A stretch of DNA of 64,000 nt from Naegleria gruberi (Eukaryota): assembly GCA_000004985.1 (NCBI GenBank), contig GG738898.1. The stretch is one strand, 5' to 3'. Shown piece after piece: positions 48,982 through 59,900 of this stretch. Positions within the stretch are counted from its first letter, which is position 1, and every line of letters begins with the position of its first letter. A program made the position numbers and the translations under genes. The notes under the pieces were generated by a model. It was given only the letters and a program-made list of their open reading frames with translations, was not told the origin of the DNA and did no database searches.

Positions 48982-49634
48982 GCAGAACCTTTAGAAAATA
49001 TAAATTGTAATATTTATTAACGTCTCTTGTATCGTAAAGACCTGAGAGACGAGGTCTACAACCAGTACGTTTCGGATCAGCGTTTAAGTGTTATGGGTTG
49101 ACGCTAAGTGGTTGTTTAGACTGGGCCTGCCTGTGGTAGGCAGAGAGGTATTTCCTGTTAATAGTGAAGCTTGCATTGGGACGGTAGTACCACACTGAGT
49201 TCTTGTACAAATAAATAGCTAGTGCTTTGTAGACTTCTAGGGCCACATTCTTAGGTAGTCTTTTGCGCTTAGACCAGTTAAGTCATTACGGGAGCAACGA
49301 CCATCAAATTCTATCCTAAGTTGAGAGGATTCTGAGACATCAGGAGGGAATCTGTAGTTTCACCCTTGAGCGCCTTATTTATCATGGCTCTTGCGATTTT
49401 TTGGGTGATAGGAGAGCATCTACGCTTGAGAGGTATCTAGGTACAGAAAGCACTTCAGAGATAATATTACGTTCCTCATTGGACCGAGTCTCAAGTGTTT
49501 TGGTCTGAAATTTAGTAATCTGGATTCAACTTTTAAGAGAACCTTATCATCGGAGGGAGACCAAGACATGTTATTAATAAAGGAGGTGTAGATACTCTAA
49601 CGGATTATTCTCAGAACTGAACCTTTAGAAAAAA
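48982..49634. repeat. GC-rich (about 45%) non-coding island of about 610 bp flanked by 16-18 bp direct repeats (CAGAACCTTTAGAAAA); candidate SINE-like or retroelement insertion, or ncRNA locus
   Basis: Direct repeats lie at 48982..48999 and 49612..49633. No ORF of 60 aa or more occurs on either strand. Composition differs sharply from the flanks. An internal hairpin GACCTGAGAGACGAGGTC is present. Confidence 0.35.
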
Positions 49635-50074
49635 TCCAAATAACATGTTAAGAAAACTAATAAACAGATGATGAAAATTAACAGACAACATTATCATGCC
49701 AAGTGATCAGTACTAAACATGAATTGTTAGGAGGTATAGTATACTTCAAAAAGGTAAAAAGGCATGGGTGGAGTTTCGCCACCAACACTTCAGAGAAATG
49801 AGCTGATCGTGATGTTAGAATTACACTACATGCCTCAAATACAATTCAATTTCACAACCTATCTTACCTTCAGTTTGTTTTAAATGTTCACTTCATTATG
49901 GTATTATTCTTTTCTTAAACTACTCTGAAGGTTCAAAACACACTATTAGTTATTTAACTGATGTCTAATGTACTTCAAGTTCTAAAATACCATGACATAA
50001 CATTAGTTTCTATAAGAAATGAACTTTTTTTAATTTCTAAATTTCCAAACCACAACCCAAGTTCACTTTGGCCA

Positions 50075-50141
50075 CTCTTCACTGTTCATGCAGTCAAAGA
50101 CTGCAGCGGGATAGTCGTCATATTCCTGGCAGGCTTCCCGT
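50075..50141 (+). ncRNA. Candidate small structured RNA / conserved repeat element, copy A (about 140 bp upstream of tRNA-Asp)
   Basis: CTTCACTGTTCATGCAGTCAAAGACTGCAGCGGGATAGTCGTCATATTCCTGGCAGGCTTCCCG contains a perfect 6-bp hairpin (GCAGTC-AAA-GACTGC) and a CGGGA…TCCCG stem. A copy about 91% identical lies at 54800..54870 in inverted orientation. Confidence 0.35.
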
Positions 50142-50281
50142 TTCGTTTTGTAATTGAAATCATTATTCGAACAAACACAGCTTGACAGTCAATCTAATTT
50201 CAAAAAAGAATATCTATTGGTTAGCTCAAGTAACTGCTTTTCACTAAGGCCATGTAAGGAATCTTTGTATCATGTATGTAA

Positions 50282-50352
50282 TCGGGTGTGGTATAGTGGT
50301 AGCATTCCAGACTGTCACTCTGGCGACCCGGGTTCAATTCCCGGCACTCGAG
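50282..50352 (+). tRNA. tRNA-Asp(GUC): tRNA-Asp (anticodon GTC)
   Basis: TCGGGTGTGGTATAGTGGTAGCATTCCAGACTGTCACTCTGGCGACCCGGGTTCAATTCCCGGCACTCGAG. The 7-bp acceptor stem includes one G-U pair. The D arm is GTAT/AGTGGTAG. The anticodon loop is CTGTCAC. The T arm is CCGGG-TTCAATT-CCCGG. The fold is close to eukaryotic tRNA-Asp. Confidence 0.9.
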
Positions 50353-50750
50353 ATTAATTTTTGCCTCTATCTCTCTATTATTTGAATTTTTCTTTTTTCA
50401 TCATTGAAGGAATGATATTTAATCTAGCTAAATATCAATTTTCAAAGTTTCATCTCTTAAAACTGCAGAGAAAATAATCAAAGATTTGTTACCCATCAGT
50501 TTCCTTTAAAAATATTTCAAGTTCCAAGTTCCTTGCCTATCTTTCAAATTATTTCCGCTTATCAATCAAACTCGAAATAATTCTATTGGTTGATTCACCA
50601 CCAATCTTTCAAAATTGTCTCCTTTCTACTCTCAATTTGCAACAAGTTCACTTTAAATTAATTATAAATACTTTACTGTATTCGAAACTTTTGAAAAACA
50701 AAAACAAAACAAATAGCTAAACAACTAAAACAACTCAAAACAAATCAAAA

Positions 50751-51203
50751 ATGATGCTTAATTGTCAATTCAGTGATGAAATTATCAAAACCTATGAAGA
50801 AATGAGAATGGGAAAGGGTTCGAATAAGGATAAAAAGTTCCTAGTATTGAAAATGCAAGAAAGTTCCATTCAAATAGATCAAGAATTGACTCAACTCTCT
50901 TCATTGGATGAATTGACTTCTAATCTTCCACCAAAAAATTCTCGTTTCATTTGCTATCATTTAAGTTTCGAAATGCCATCTCAAAACGAAACTTGTCAAA
51001 TCAGAGAAGGAATCAGAACTAAAATGATGTTTCTCACATGGTGTCCAAACGAAACCAATGTTAAGGAAAAGTTTCAAGTTGCTGCCACTGTCAAAACAGT
51101 TAAACAAAAATTAAATGGTTTGAGTGCAACTATTCACTGCTCAACCAAGAGTGAAATTGATGAAAAGTCAATGATTGAAAAATGTTTAACTTTTATGAAA
51201 TGA
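50751..51203 (+). CDS. ADF/cofilin-family (ADF-H domain) actin-depolymerising-factor-like protein
   Basis: 150 aa. It fits the cofilin/GMF pattern (C.FSDEII..YEEM.MGK…KKFLVLK…LPPKNSRFICYHLSF……KMMFLTWCPNETNVKEKFQVAATVKTVKQKL). Confidence 0.65.
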   Translation: MMLNCQFSDEIIKTYEEMRMGKGSNKDKKFLVLKMQESSIQIDQELTQLSSLDELTSNLPPKNSRFICYHLSFEMPSQNETCQIREGIRTKMMFLTWCPNETNVKEKFQVAATVKTVKQKLNGLSATIHCSTKSEIDEKSMIEKCLTFMK

Positions 51204-51337
51204 TAATAGACATGCAAACAATAATGTAAATAAATGTAAATAACAAATAGATAATTAATCAATTATAGAATTATATTCAAACAATCTAAAAGAATAAAAA
51301 GTACCATGTTGAATCTTACAAGTTTGTTTGTTTTTAT

Positions 51338-51874
51338 TTACAATTTGCTAGATAACCAATCTAAACCTTCAAATAAACCAGTGCCATTCATTGCGCTACA
51401 TGGTTGTATATACCAATCTTGTTTGATTGAATTTAATTGCAGAATCTTGGCAAGATCTGTAACATTGGCAGCTCTTGGTAAATCTTGCTTATTAGCCCAC
51501 ACCAATAACTTGGCATTTGATAGAGATGGATCTTCCATTACTTTATGCAATGTTTCCGAAACTTCTTCAAATCTCTCTCTATCATTCGAATCGACAATGA
51601 ATATCACAGCATCTGTTCCATTATAATAATGTCTCCATAAGGTTCTAATCTTATCCTGACCACCAATATCAAACACTCTGAATTGAACTCTCTTATATTG
51701 AATCACTTCGGCATTGAAACCAATAGTAGGTATAGTATTGACATTCTCATCTAATTGAATCTTGTACAGTGTTGATGTTTTACCAGCTGCATCCAAACCT
51801 AAGAAGAGAATTTTTGCTTGTTTGTTTTCGAATAGGGATAAGTTCTTTATCATGTTAGAAAGTAATTGACCCAT
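51338..51874 (-). CDS. ADP-ribosylation factor (ARF) with N-terminal Met-Gly (myristoylation-competent)
   Basis: 178 aa. MGQLLSNM…[36 protein letters not shown]…[16 protein letters not shown]…ANKQDLP…[20 protein letters not shown]. Confidence 0.9.
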   Translation of the reverse strand: MGQLLSNMIKNLSLFENKQAKILFLGLDAAGKTSTLYKIQLDENVNTIPTIGFNAEVIQYKRVQFRVFDIGGQDKIRTLWRHYYNGTDAVIFIVDSNDRERFEEVSETLHKVMEDPSLSNAKLLVWANKQDLPRAANVTDLAKILQLNSIKQDWYIQPCSAMNGTGLFEGLDWLSSKL

Positions 51875-52113
51875 TTTTGTGTATTAGTATATTAGTTATT
51901 GTAGTAGATTGAAGTATTGTTGTTGTTTTTTTTCAATTTGTTGTTGTTTTCAATCAAGTTCTCTTCCATGCTTGTTTTAAAGTGAAATCCACGCCATTAT
52001 ATCATTTTTTGTAAACTTGAAAAATGTCGTCATCAGCAACAGATAAAAATAGAATGTGCCAGAGCTCTGTGTTGCAATTTTAAAGACAATCACGGAATAA
52101 ATTTATCAAGTTA

Positions 52114-54760
52114 TTACTCAGAAGTATTATCATTAATTTCTGCCATTATTGAATCGATGGAACTTTTTGGTTCATTAAGGACCGATAATATTTCCTCATC
52201 TTTTTGAAAAGTAGTATCGAGATGTTCATAAATTTCATCATATTTACGAATGACCATCTTGATTATTTCCTTGTCTATTAATAAGGATCTACAACTCAAA
52301 TAAGCACGAGGAAATTTCTCTAATATTGGAAGCATAAATTCCTTGTCGTCTAAATCCTTGGTTTCCAAATAAAGCAATAAACCTATATCCTTGGATTTAA
52401 ATATTCCACTCCTTACTAATTCTCTATTTGGTTTTGTAATGTATCCTGAACCAATTAATTTTTTTAAATGCTTTGCTTGGAATTCATCATCAAGTTTTAA
52501 ATCTTTGGATAATCGAGGAAAGTAGGTATGATTCAGATAAGTTTCAATTATTATTTGATTATTTCTTAAATTATTGCATGATAGATTTTCATATAGAGCA
52601 GGATATATTTCAATTATTTCATTTACCAATTCAATGTCATCTGAACATTTTTGCATCAATTCATTTCCTTGTTCTTTCACTTCAATGGCATGAATCAAGT
52701 GAGAGAAACCCTGTTTATCAAGGCGCAAGTTCTTAATAAAATCCAAACCAATGTTGGAAATATTAATTGTAGAATCTTTCAAAAAACTTGATGTAAAATA
52801 CCCTTTTTTGGTACGAGTAATAATTTTCAATATGAAATCTGCGTCGTGTTGATAGTAAAACAACTCAGGCAGTGGTACACCCAACAATATTAAATCTAAC
52901 ACTCTTTCTTTTGAAATATTTTCAAACAATTCCTGTTTGAAATGTGTGTGATAATTTTCACTCAAACAATTCAATATTTTTTCTATTTCTTCACTTGAAA
53001 ACTTGTCTGATAATATTTTTCTGAGAATATCTCGATCCATTTTTCTTCTATCTTCCAAAGTAAAATATAAACTAGGTGTTATTACCTGTACCAATGAGTC
53101 ATGATCCAAATGGTCCTTCAAATTATGGAAAGTCTTGGAATTTTCTGTAATTATCTCTATAAAAAAATCTTGAGTTTTAAGATCTTCAGGTAGACAATTA
53201 AAATTTGAATCAAAATCACGTTGTGATTTGCAGCCTTTCATTGCAAGTTTGGCAAATAATCTATCTTTTAAACTACTCTCACTTAAGGATGCATAAAAAG
53301 TCGGATCTACTTCCAAAATTTCCTTTGCATATTGTTGTTCATATTTAAATCTTAACTCATCTGAACTGATGTCAGTGATAAACTTTGGATTTTTCTCTAG
53401 TACATATTGAATTATTTCTTCATCATCTCGGTAACTACAATGCTGGAAACATTCTTCCACTTTTTTGATGAATGAAAATACAATATTTCTATTAAATTTG
53501 TACTTGAAAGGAAAGTAATTAAAAAATAGAGAGTCATACTCTACTAATATTTCCAACTGACTCTCGCTTAACTTTTCCATCTCTATCTGGATTCTCTTTC
53601 CTGTATTATATTGTACATTTCTAAGCACATGAACGTCTATGAGTTGTGAAATTAAGGACTTAAACTTATCTATGCAAGCCTTATTTCTGTTTTGAAATAT
53701 TAATACTGATCTGACATCTCTTATTGACTTTCTAACTATATTTTCATCCAACAAATCGTCAGGAACCATTTCGAAAATACGGTGATTGTTATCCAATACT
53801 TTGTAAATAAAGCGCTTATTTTTGTTGTAAGGGCAAAATTTTAAACAATTTGGGTTCATAACACAAGCATGCAAGTACTTATCCCACTGCGTTCTGTTTT
53901 TTGGATCTTTAAATGCTATGGTAGTTGCAAGTGAAATATCAGCCAATACATTCATCATTTTCATTCTTGTTGGGAGAGTTGAATTTTTAAGACTAGTAAT
54001 AATTTCTTTCAAAAGAGGAGTACTATTGATAGTGGTTTTGTTGGATAATCGTTCAAGTGTTACACCTAGGGCGTACAAATCAGTTTCAGTTTTGAAAGGA
54101 AACTCTAGTAAACCTCTTTTTTCGGTGTTAAAGTATTTTTCAATTTCTGGATCGTAATATTGCTCAGTTCCAGTTTTGAATTGGTAGGGCTTGTATGAGT
54201 TTTTCTTAAAAGATACTCCAAAGTCTGTCAATACTACATAAATATTAGAATCAGTAATTTCCTTCACGAGTATGTTAGCAATTTTGACGTCTCGATGACA
54301 TAGTTCCTGTTCTGAAATATATTTAATAGCACTTGAAATTGACANNNNNNNNNNNNNNNNNNNNNNNNNNNNNNNNNNNNNNNNNNNNNNNNNNTCTCTG
54401 CTTCAGGTAATTGTACTTTGTTTTCAATATCAATATTAACATCGTCCATTAGCTTTTCTTTTTCGGAATAGCTTGTTCATAGGTTGGACTTTCTGGCATA
54501 AAAAAGTGAGTTGGGCCACTGGTAGGTTCATCAGCTTGGTCATCCTTGTTTCCTTCTACTGTTGTATCATCCTCTTCATCAGAATATTCTCTTTCTCTCT
54601 TGTTGAAAGAATTTAACATTTTAAAGATTTTTTTTAATTTTAAATTATCTTGTGAAATCATCTCACTTTTCCAAGTTGTCAACTTGCTCATCCTGCAGCT
54701 TAGAATTTGAAATAAACTAAAATAAAATAAATTAATCCAAGCAATAAACAACGTATCCAT
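52114..54760 (-). CDS. Atypical Ser/Thr protein kinase with long C-terminal domain, copy 2 (inverted paralog of 16756..19531); contains a 50-N gap and an N-terminal frame break at an A-run
   Basis: ORF 52114..54267 is continuous through the region that is frameshifted in copy 1. N-terminal pieces are 54449..54760 (MLNSFNKREREYSDEEDDTTVEGNKDDQADEPTSGPTHFFMPESPTYEQAIPKKK) and 54264..54449. It is about 93% aa-identical to copy 1. Confidence 0.75.
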
Positions 54761-54799
54761 TCCAGCTCTTGCTCTATTAAGCTACATTTCGATTATTAA

Positions 54800-54870
54800 T
54801 TTGGACGGGAAGCCTGCCAGGAATATGGCGACAATCCCGCTACAGTCTTTGACTGTATGAACGGTGAAGG
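54800..54870 (-). ncRNA. Candidate small structured RNA / conserved repeat element, copy B (just upstream of kinase copy 2)
   Basis: Reverse complement: GTTCATACAGTCAAAGACTGTAGCGGGATTGTCGCCATATTCCTGGCAGGCTTCCCG. In the hairpin the G-C pair of copy A is replaced by A-T (ACAGTC-AAA-GACTGT), a compensatory double substitution. Confidence 0.35.
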
Positions 54871-55300
54871 CAACGAATCTATTGATTGTTGGTTCAGTAA
54901 GTTTGTTGTTTAGAAAAGCTTGCTTCGTGACCATTTATTTATCACCTTTGAATTTAATCTATTTGGAAAGTGAAACTTGTGGTTGATCAATAAATGATCA
55001 AATTTCGAATTTAAGCGGCCAGTGGTTCAAATAATATTTAGACAATTGGGTATTAAAGCTCAGGGGCTGAACCACCTTAATGGTGAAACAGCCTGGAACC
55101 TGCTTTGAAGGATGTAAATCTTTATCCACAGCAGTTAAAAGAGTCTCCTTAATAGTAAACAACCCAAACAATTTGGATAAGATTGAATTTACAAGTTTTT
55201 CAATAAAGTTCTTTAAATTGGCCAATTTTCTTCACATATTTGTACATTTCCATTTCAATATTGTCAAACGCGGCAGCAATTCACATTTGTTTGGTCCCAT

Positions 55301-56489
55301 CTATTTGAATGAAAATAAAGCATCAGAAAATGGAGAAGCATTCAGTGAAAATGATTTGAGATTTTTGATAAAGTAAATCTCACTCTTTCCAACTTGTTTG
55401 GTGAACTTGTTTCTAAATATTAAGGCATGCCAAGGACCAAGTGAAAATTGTTGATCTTCATATTCTACCTTATGAAAATATCCTACCTTGTCCAAATCAT
55501 CTTTTACAGATCCGTAAAATATAAAATGAGTAGGTGTTCGGAGAGCAGTACAAATACTTCCACATTCAATATCAAGAACTCCTGTTACTTTGACTTCACA
55601 AAAGGTACCTTCTATATCTATAACATCTCCATTTGCACATTGATTGTAATTGTTGAGTCCTCTTGTAAATACCTGTCCGTTTTCTAATAGAACCGCACAA
55701 TGTCCATAACCTGATGAAACCTTCTTGATTCCACTATTAAAGAGTGGAGTAGCAACCTCAACAGTAACTCCAAGTTCATAAGATGCAAATCCATAATGGG
55801 AATCCTGTGTGGCGCCATCCTTAATAATGTAGAATTTGTTATTTTCCAAAACAATAATTTGTAAATCTCTGCAAAAACATGAAAATAGCTTGACTGGTGA
55901 TGGATCATTAATTACAACTTCTTTAGGATCTACATTAAACTGTTTCTTAATAATTTTCCCCTCAGTAGTTTGAACCATTATTATGTTCGACATTAGTCCA
56001 CTTCCAATCACTCTAATTTGTGAAGATCTCAATAAAGAAGCAAGACAGCGATCCAGTCTTGACATCAAACTGATACAATCTTCCATCCATCATTTCAAAC
56101 AATAGTCCATTATTATTCAGCAAGACTACTCTCTTCATCAATCGTGACCAATAAGGTTCTGCTCTAGGTGTCATCTGATTGAACAATACTTCAAAAACAT
56201 ATTTCTTTTCCATGAAAAACCACCTCGATTCACTTCCTTCAAAAAAGTACAATGAATAGGGTTTAGATTCACCACCCGAACAAACCATAGAGAGTGGTAA
56301 TTCATCATGTTCTCCGATCTGATCATCCAAAACCCCAGAAACAAAGGAATCCTTTCGCAATACAATGGAGGGAAATACTTGCGAGTTGTCTACACCACGT
56401 AAATTGGCTCCATGAGCGCCATCACAGTAGAGTTTGTATTTTTCATTCATTTTTTTAATGACTTGATCAAGTATTAATAGATTATTCAA
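55301..56489 (-). CDS. RCC1-like repeat (beta-propeller) protein, frame break near 56013-56086
   Basis: GYGHCAVLLENGQVFTRGLNNYNQCANG and other G..H…L..G.V…G.N…Q-like repeats. It is split into 56013..56489 and 55301..56086. Confidence 0.45.
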
Positions 56490-56980
56490 GTCCTAACTAG
56501 CCGTTACGAATTACAAATTATTAACAAAAATTTAAAAATAACAAACAAGTACATTTTGTTGAAGGAGAAAAGGATTTTGGAAATGATAAAGTACTCTTTC
56601 TATTAATATGGGATGTGGCTTTGAACATTTTTTGATTATGAAGATCTATGTAGGAGTTTTAGGTTGATGTGAATGATGAGAGAAGCACACCCACCTAGTC
56701 ATTTCAAGGACAGAATTTTGCGGCAATGTATGAAGTAACCTCATTCCGGAGTATTATGAAGTAAAGTATTCAACAAACTCTTGTGAATTATTTAATTAAT
56801 TCTCAACAAGTTACAAGGCAGTGAAGAATGATTATCTACAAGTAAAGAGGTTAATAAATTTAATATGAAACGATTTTAAAATCACCAAATTTCGTTCCTT
56901 TGCTGTCGTTCATTAAACAAAAATTAACAATTTATTATTCTGCCAGATTATTGAAAATTAATGGAAACAAGAATTATTTA

Positions 56981-59900
56981 TTAATATTGGTAAAACACAA
57001 CAATAGCTAACAAGAAAGAAATTAAACAAGACAAGTTAACAGCTGGAGCCATACTAATCTTGGTACTAGATATTGGATCTGTCGTAGTAGATTGGATCAA
57101 AACGTAAATTCCGGTGCTTTTGACTGAAGCAGTGACTGTACCATCAGTTCCCAAAACAACTGTGCATCCAACATCTAAAAGATTACTAGTTGTTGGATCA
57201 ATCTTCTTACAAGAGGTAATTGTTCCTGCAACAGATCTACTAGACAAACCCTTTGTTTCAAATACCAAATCAGCAATAACAGAATTGGAGGAAACTGATA
57301 TTACACTTGTATCATTGCTAAGGGAGAATTCCATAGACTTGGTGACAGCATTTGAAATTGCTGTAGAGGAGGCAGTTTTGACAACAAGGTGAACAGACTT
57401 GGTATTGGCTAGTTCTGAGAGAGCAGAAACACCACTCTTGAACATTATTTGATTCTTTCCTGTTGTTGTTTGAACCAAATTGTTCAATGTCACAATATTG
57501 ACCTTTCGTGAAACTGTGGTGACTCCATTAGCTGTTACTGTGGCAGCTGGACCATCAGGAACAGAGTCCTTAGTCTTTAATGTGGCAACACTAGCAAATA
57601 CTTTATCCAAGTTTGCGATATCAGCATTACTGAATACTCTCTTGGTCACACCTTTCTTCACAATGTAATCAAGGAAATTGTTTGCAGTACTGGTTGTGCC
57701 TTCAATAGCAGAATTGGACAAACTGGCAGATGAGCTCTTGACAACTGCTGAAGTCGTCTTGGCCAAATTCTCTACGACCTTAGAAGTCGTAGAATCACTA
57801 ACAAGACCTTTAGCAACAGAAGCAGAAACAGAGGCAGTAAATGACAAACTATTTTCAGCAGAAGCAGACGAAACTGAAGTGACAGCCTCAGCCTTGGCTT
57901 GTTGATTCAAGAAGGCTTCTGTAATTGAGGAAGCAGCTTGTTGAATAGCAGCTTTTTGTTCTTCTGATGGATTATCTATTGAACCAATGACCGACATGAC
58001 AGAGGAAGCAGCTGCCAAGGTAACAGTATCCTTACCAGATGCAATGACTGACAATGCGCTTGTGGCAGCAGCTGCACTTAGTTTAGTAATGGTTACAGTG
58101 GTTTCTGATTCAGAGGCAGCTCCAAGTGAGTCATAAACAACAGCCTTAACTCTCAATGAGGTACCAGAGGCAGGTTGTGGAAGTTGGACCGAGGCACTTT
58201 GTCGTTCACTCTTTTCAGTAAAGGAATTCCATTTAGTGGAAGCAGAATCATAGTAGAAGAATTGGAATTTCAAAGGAGTTTGAGGATCAGACCAACCATT
58301 ACCACACTTCAAATCGAATGAATCACTCAAAGCAACACCAATTTCTGGATAAACTTCAAATGTTCCCTTTGTAGGTGGAGAATTTACAGTGAAGGTCAGA
58401 GAGGCAATACCAGATTTATCTCCATCATCAACAAGGAGTGTAACAACATAGGAAGCACCTGATACAAGGTTAGCACTTGGAATTGTGAGAAGTGATGCCT
58501 TGGATTCGTCACCAGTTTCAGACACCCAGGAGAAACTTGGTGATAATAATTTGTCCAAAGTATTGTATGTGAGATACAAATCCTTTGTTGGATCCACAGT
58601 TGTCAAGTCAACATTTGAAATAATAGAAACTCTAATAATCTTATCCTTGGCACTATCAATTAGAGAAATAGTCAAGGTGGCCTTGGCCTTTCTGGAACCC
58701 TTAGTTGCAACAGCTGTAAATGTGTAAGTACCAGAAGAGAAAGAGGCCCTAAATGTAGAAGCATCTTCAGGACTGCTTGGACAATTTAATCCAGTAGAAT
58801 CCACACAATTTGTGGAGAGAGACAACACATCTTGCGTATTACTAGGATCCTTTACACTGATAGAGAATTCGATTGGGTCATCCTTTGATTGAGTAATATC
58901 TGGAACACTGAAAGAAACCAAGATTGGTTGAGCCTCAGCTGTAACTTTAACAGTGGTAGTTACTGGTTCTGCTACATCAGCAGTGGCCTTAATTACAAAG
59001 AAATAGTCTCCTTCCAAGTTAATATTGGTATAACCAGATCCAAGAATCATCATGTTGTTATTGACAGAAGTTGACAATGATGAAACCTTAGAAACACTTC
59101 CATCAAGGGTAAACGTATAAGTTGTTGAACCAGTGCCATTGTAACACACAGGGAAGGAAATTACAGGAGTAATCAAACCAATTGATCCAATCAAATACTT
59201 GATTGAAAGTCCTTCCTTAACACTGAGTGTTGGTGCAGCCTTGGCAATTACTGTGAAAGAGATAGACTTGAAAGAAGTTAATCCGAATGCACTCGAAACA
59301 GCTACCTGAATTGAGTAGATTCCAGCAGATAGTCCAGCAGTTCTCATATTAATTTTATATCCACTCTTTTGAGAAGAAATGAGGCTGGACAACTTGCTTT
59401 GGTCTTCAGAGGAAGGCCCATTAGTACAAGTCCAAGAGAATGTAAGAGGGCGACGATCCAATGAAACGGAATCAAAAGCGTTCAATGATAATACGTCACA
59501 TTGAGATACTAATGTCTTGTCAGAAGTCAAAGAAGCAGTTGGAGCAATAGCAACAAATTCACCAGCATCAATAGAAACTGCAAGGGTCGAATTATTATCT
59601 CCCATAAGGGAATAGACACTCAATATATTACCAGTAACTATTGAGGCTCCAGCTCCTAAAACAATTTCTAGGGATGATTTTCCATCCATATTACATTGTG
59701 GACCAGAACCAAGCTTATCCAAATTGGAAATTATTTGAGAGCAAGGAACTTGTTTTTTCACAGTGTTGTAAATTTTTGCAGTGATTCTATCTCCATTGGC
59801 ATTGAATTTGAAGGAAGTGGTATCAACCTTATAATTACAAGCGTCACCTCTGAACCCATTCAAACATTTTCCAGGGATACAATTGAAAGCAGGGTCATAA

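Noticed and set aside
49961-50357. ORFs 49961..50185 and 50154..50357 overlapping the tRNA-Asp gene and the hairpin element
   Set aside because: Short, with no coding signal. They cover a tRNA gene and a non-coding repeat.
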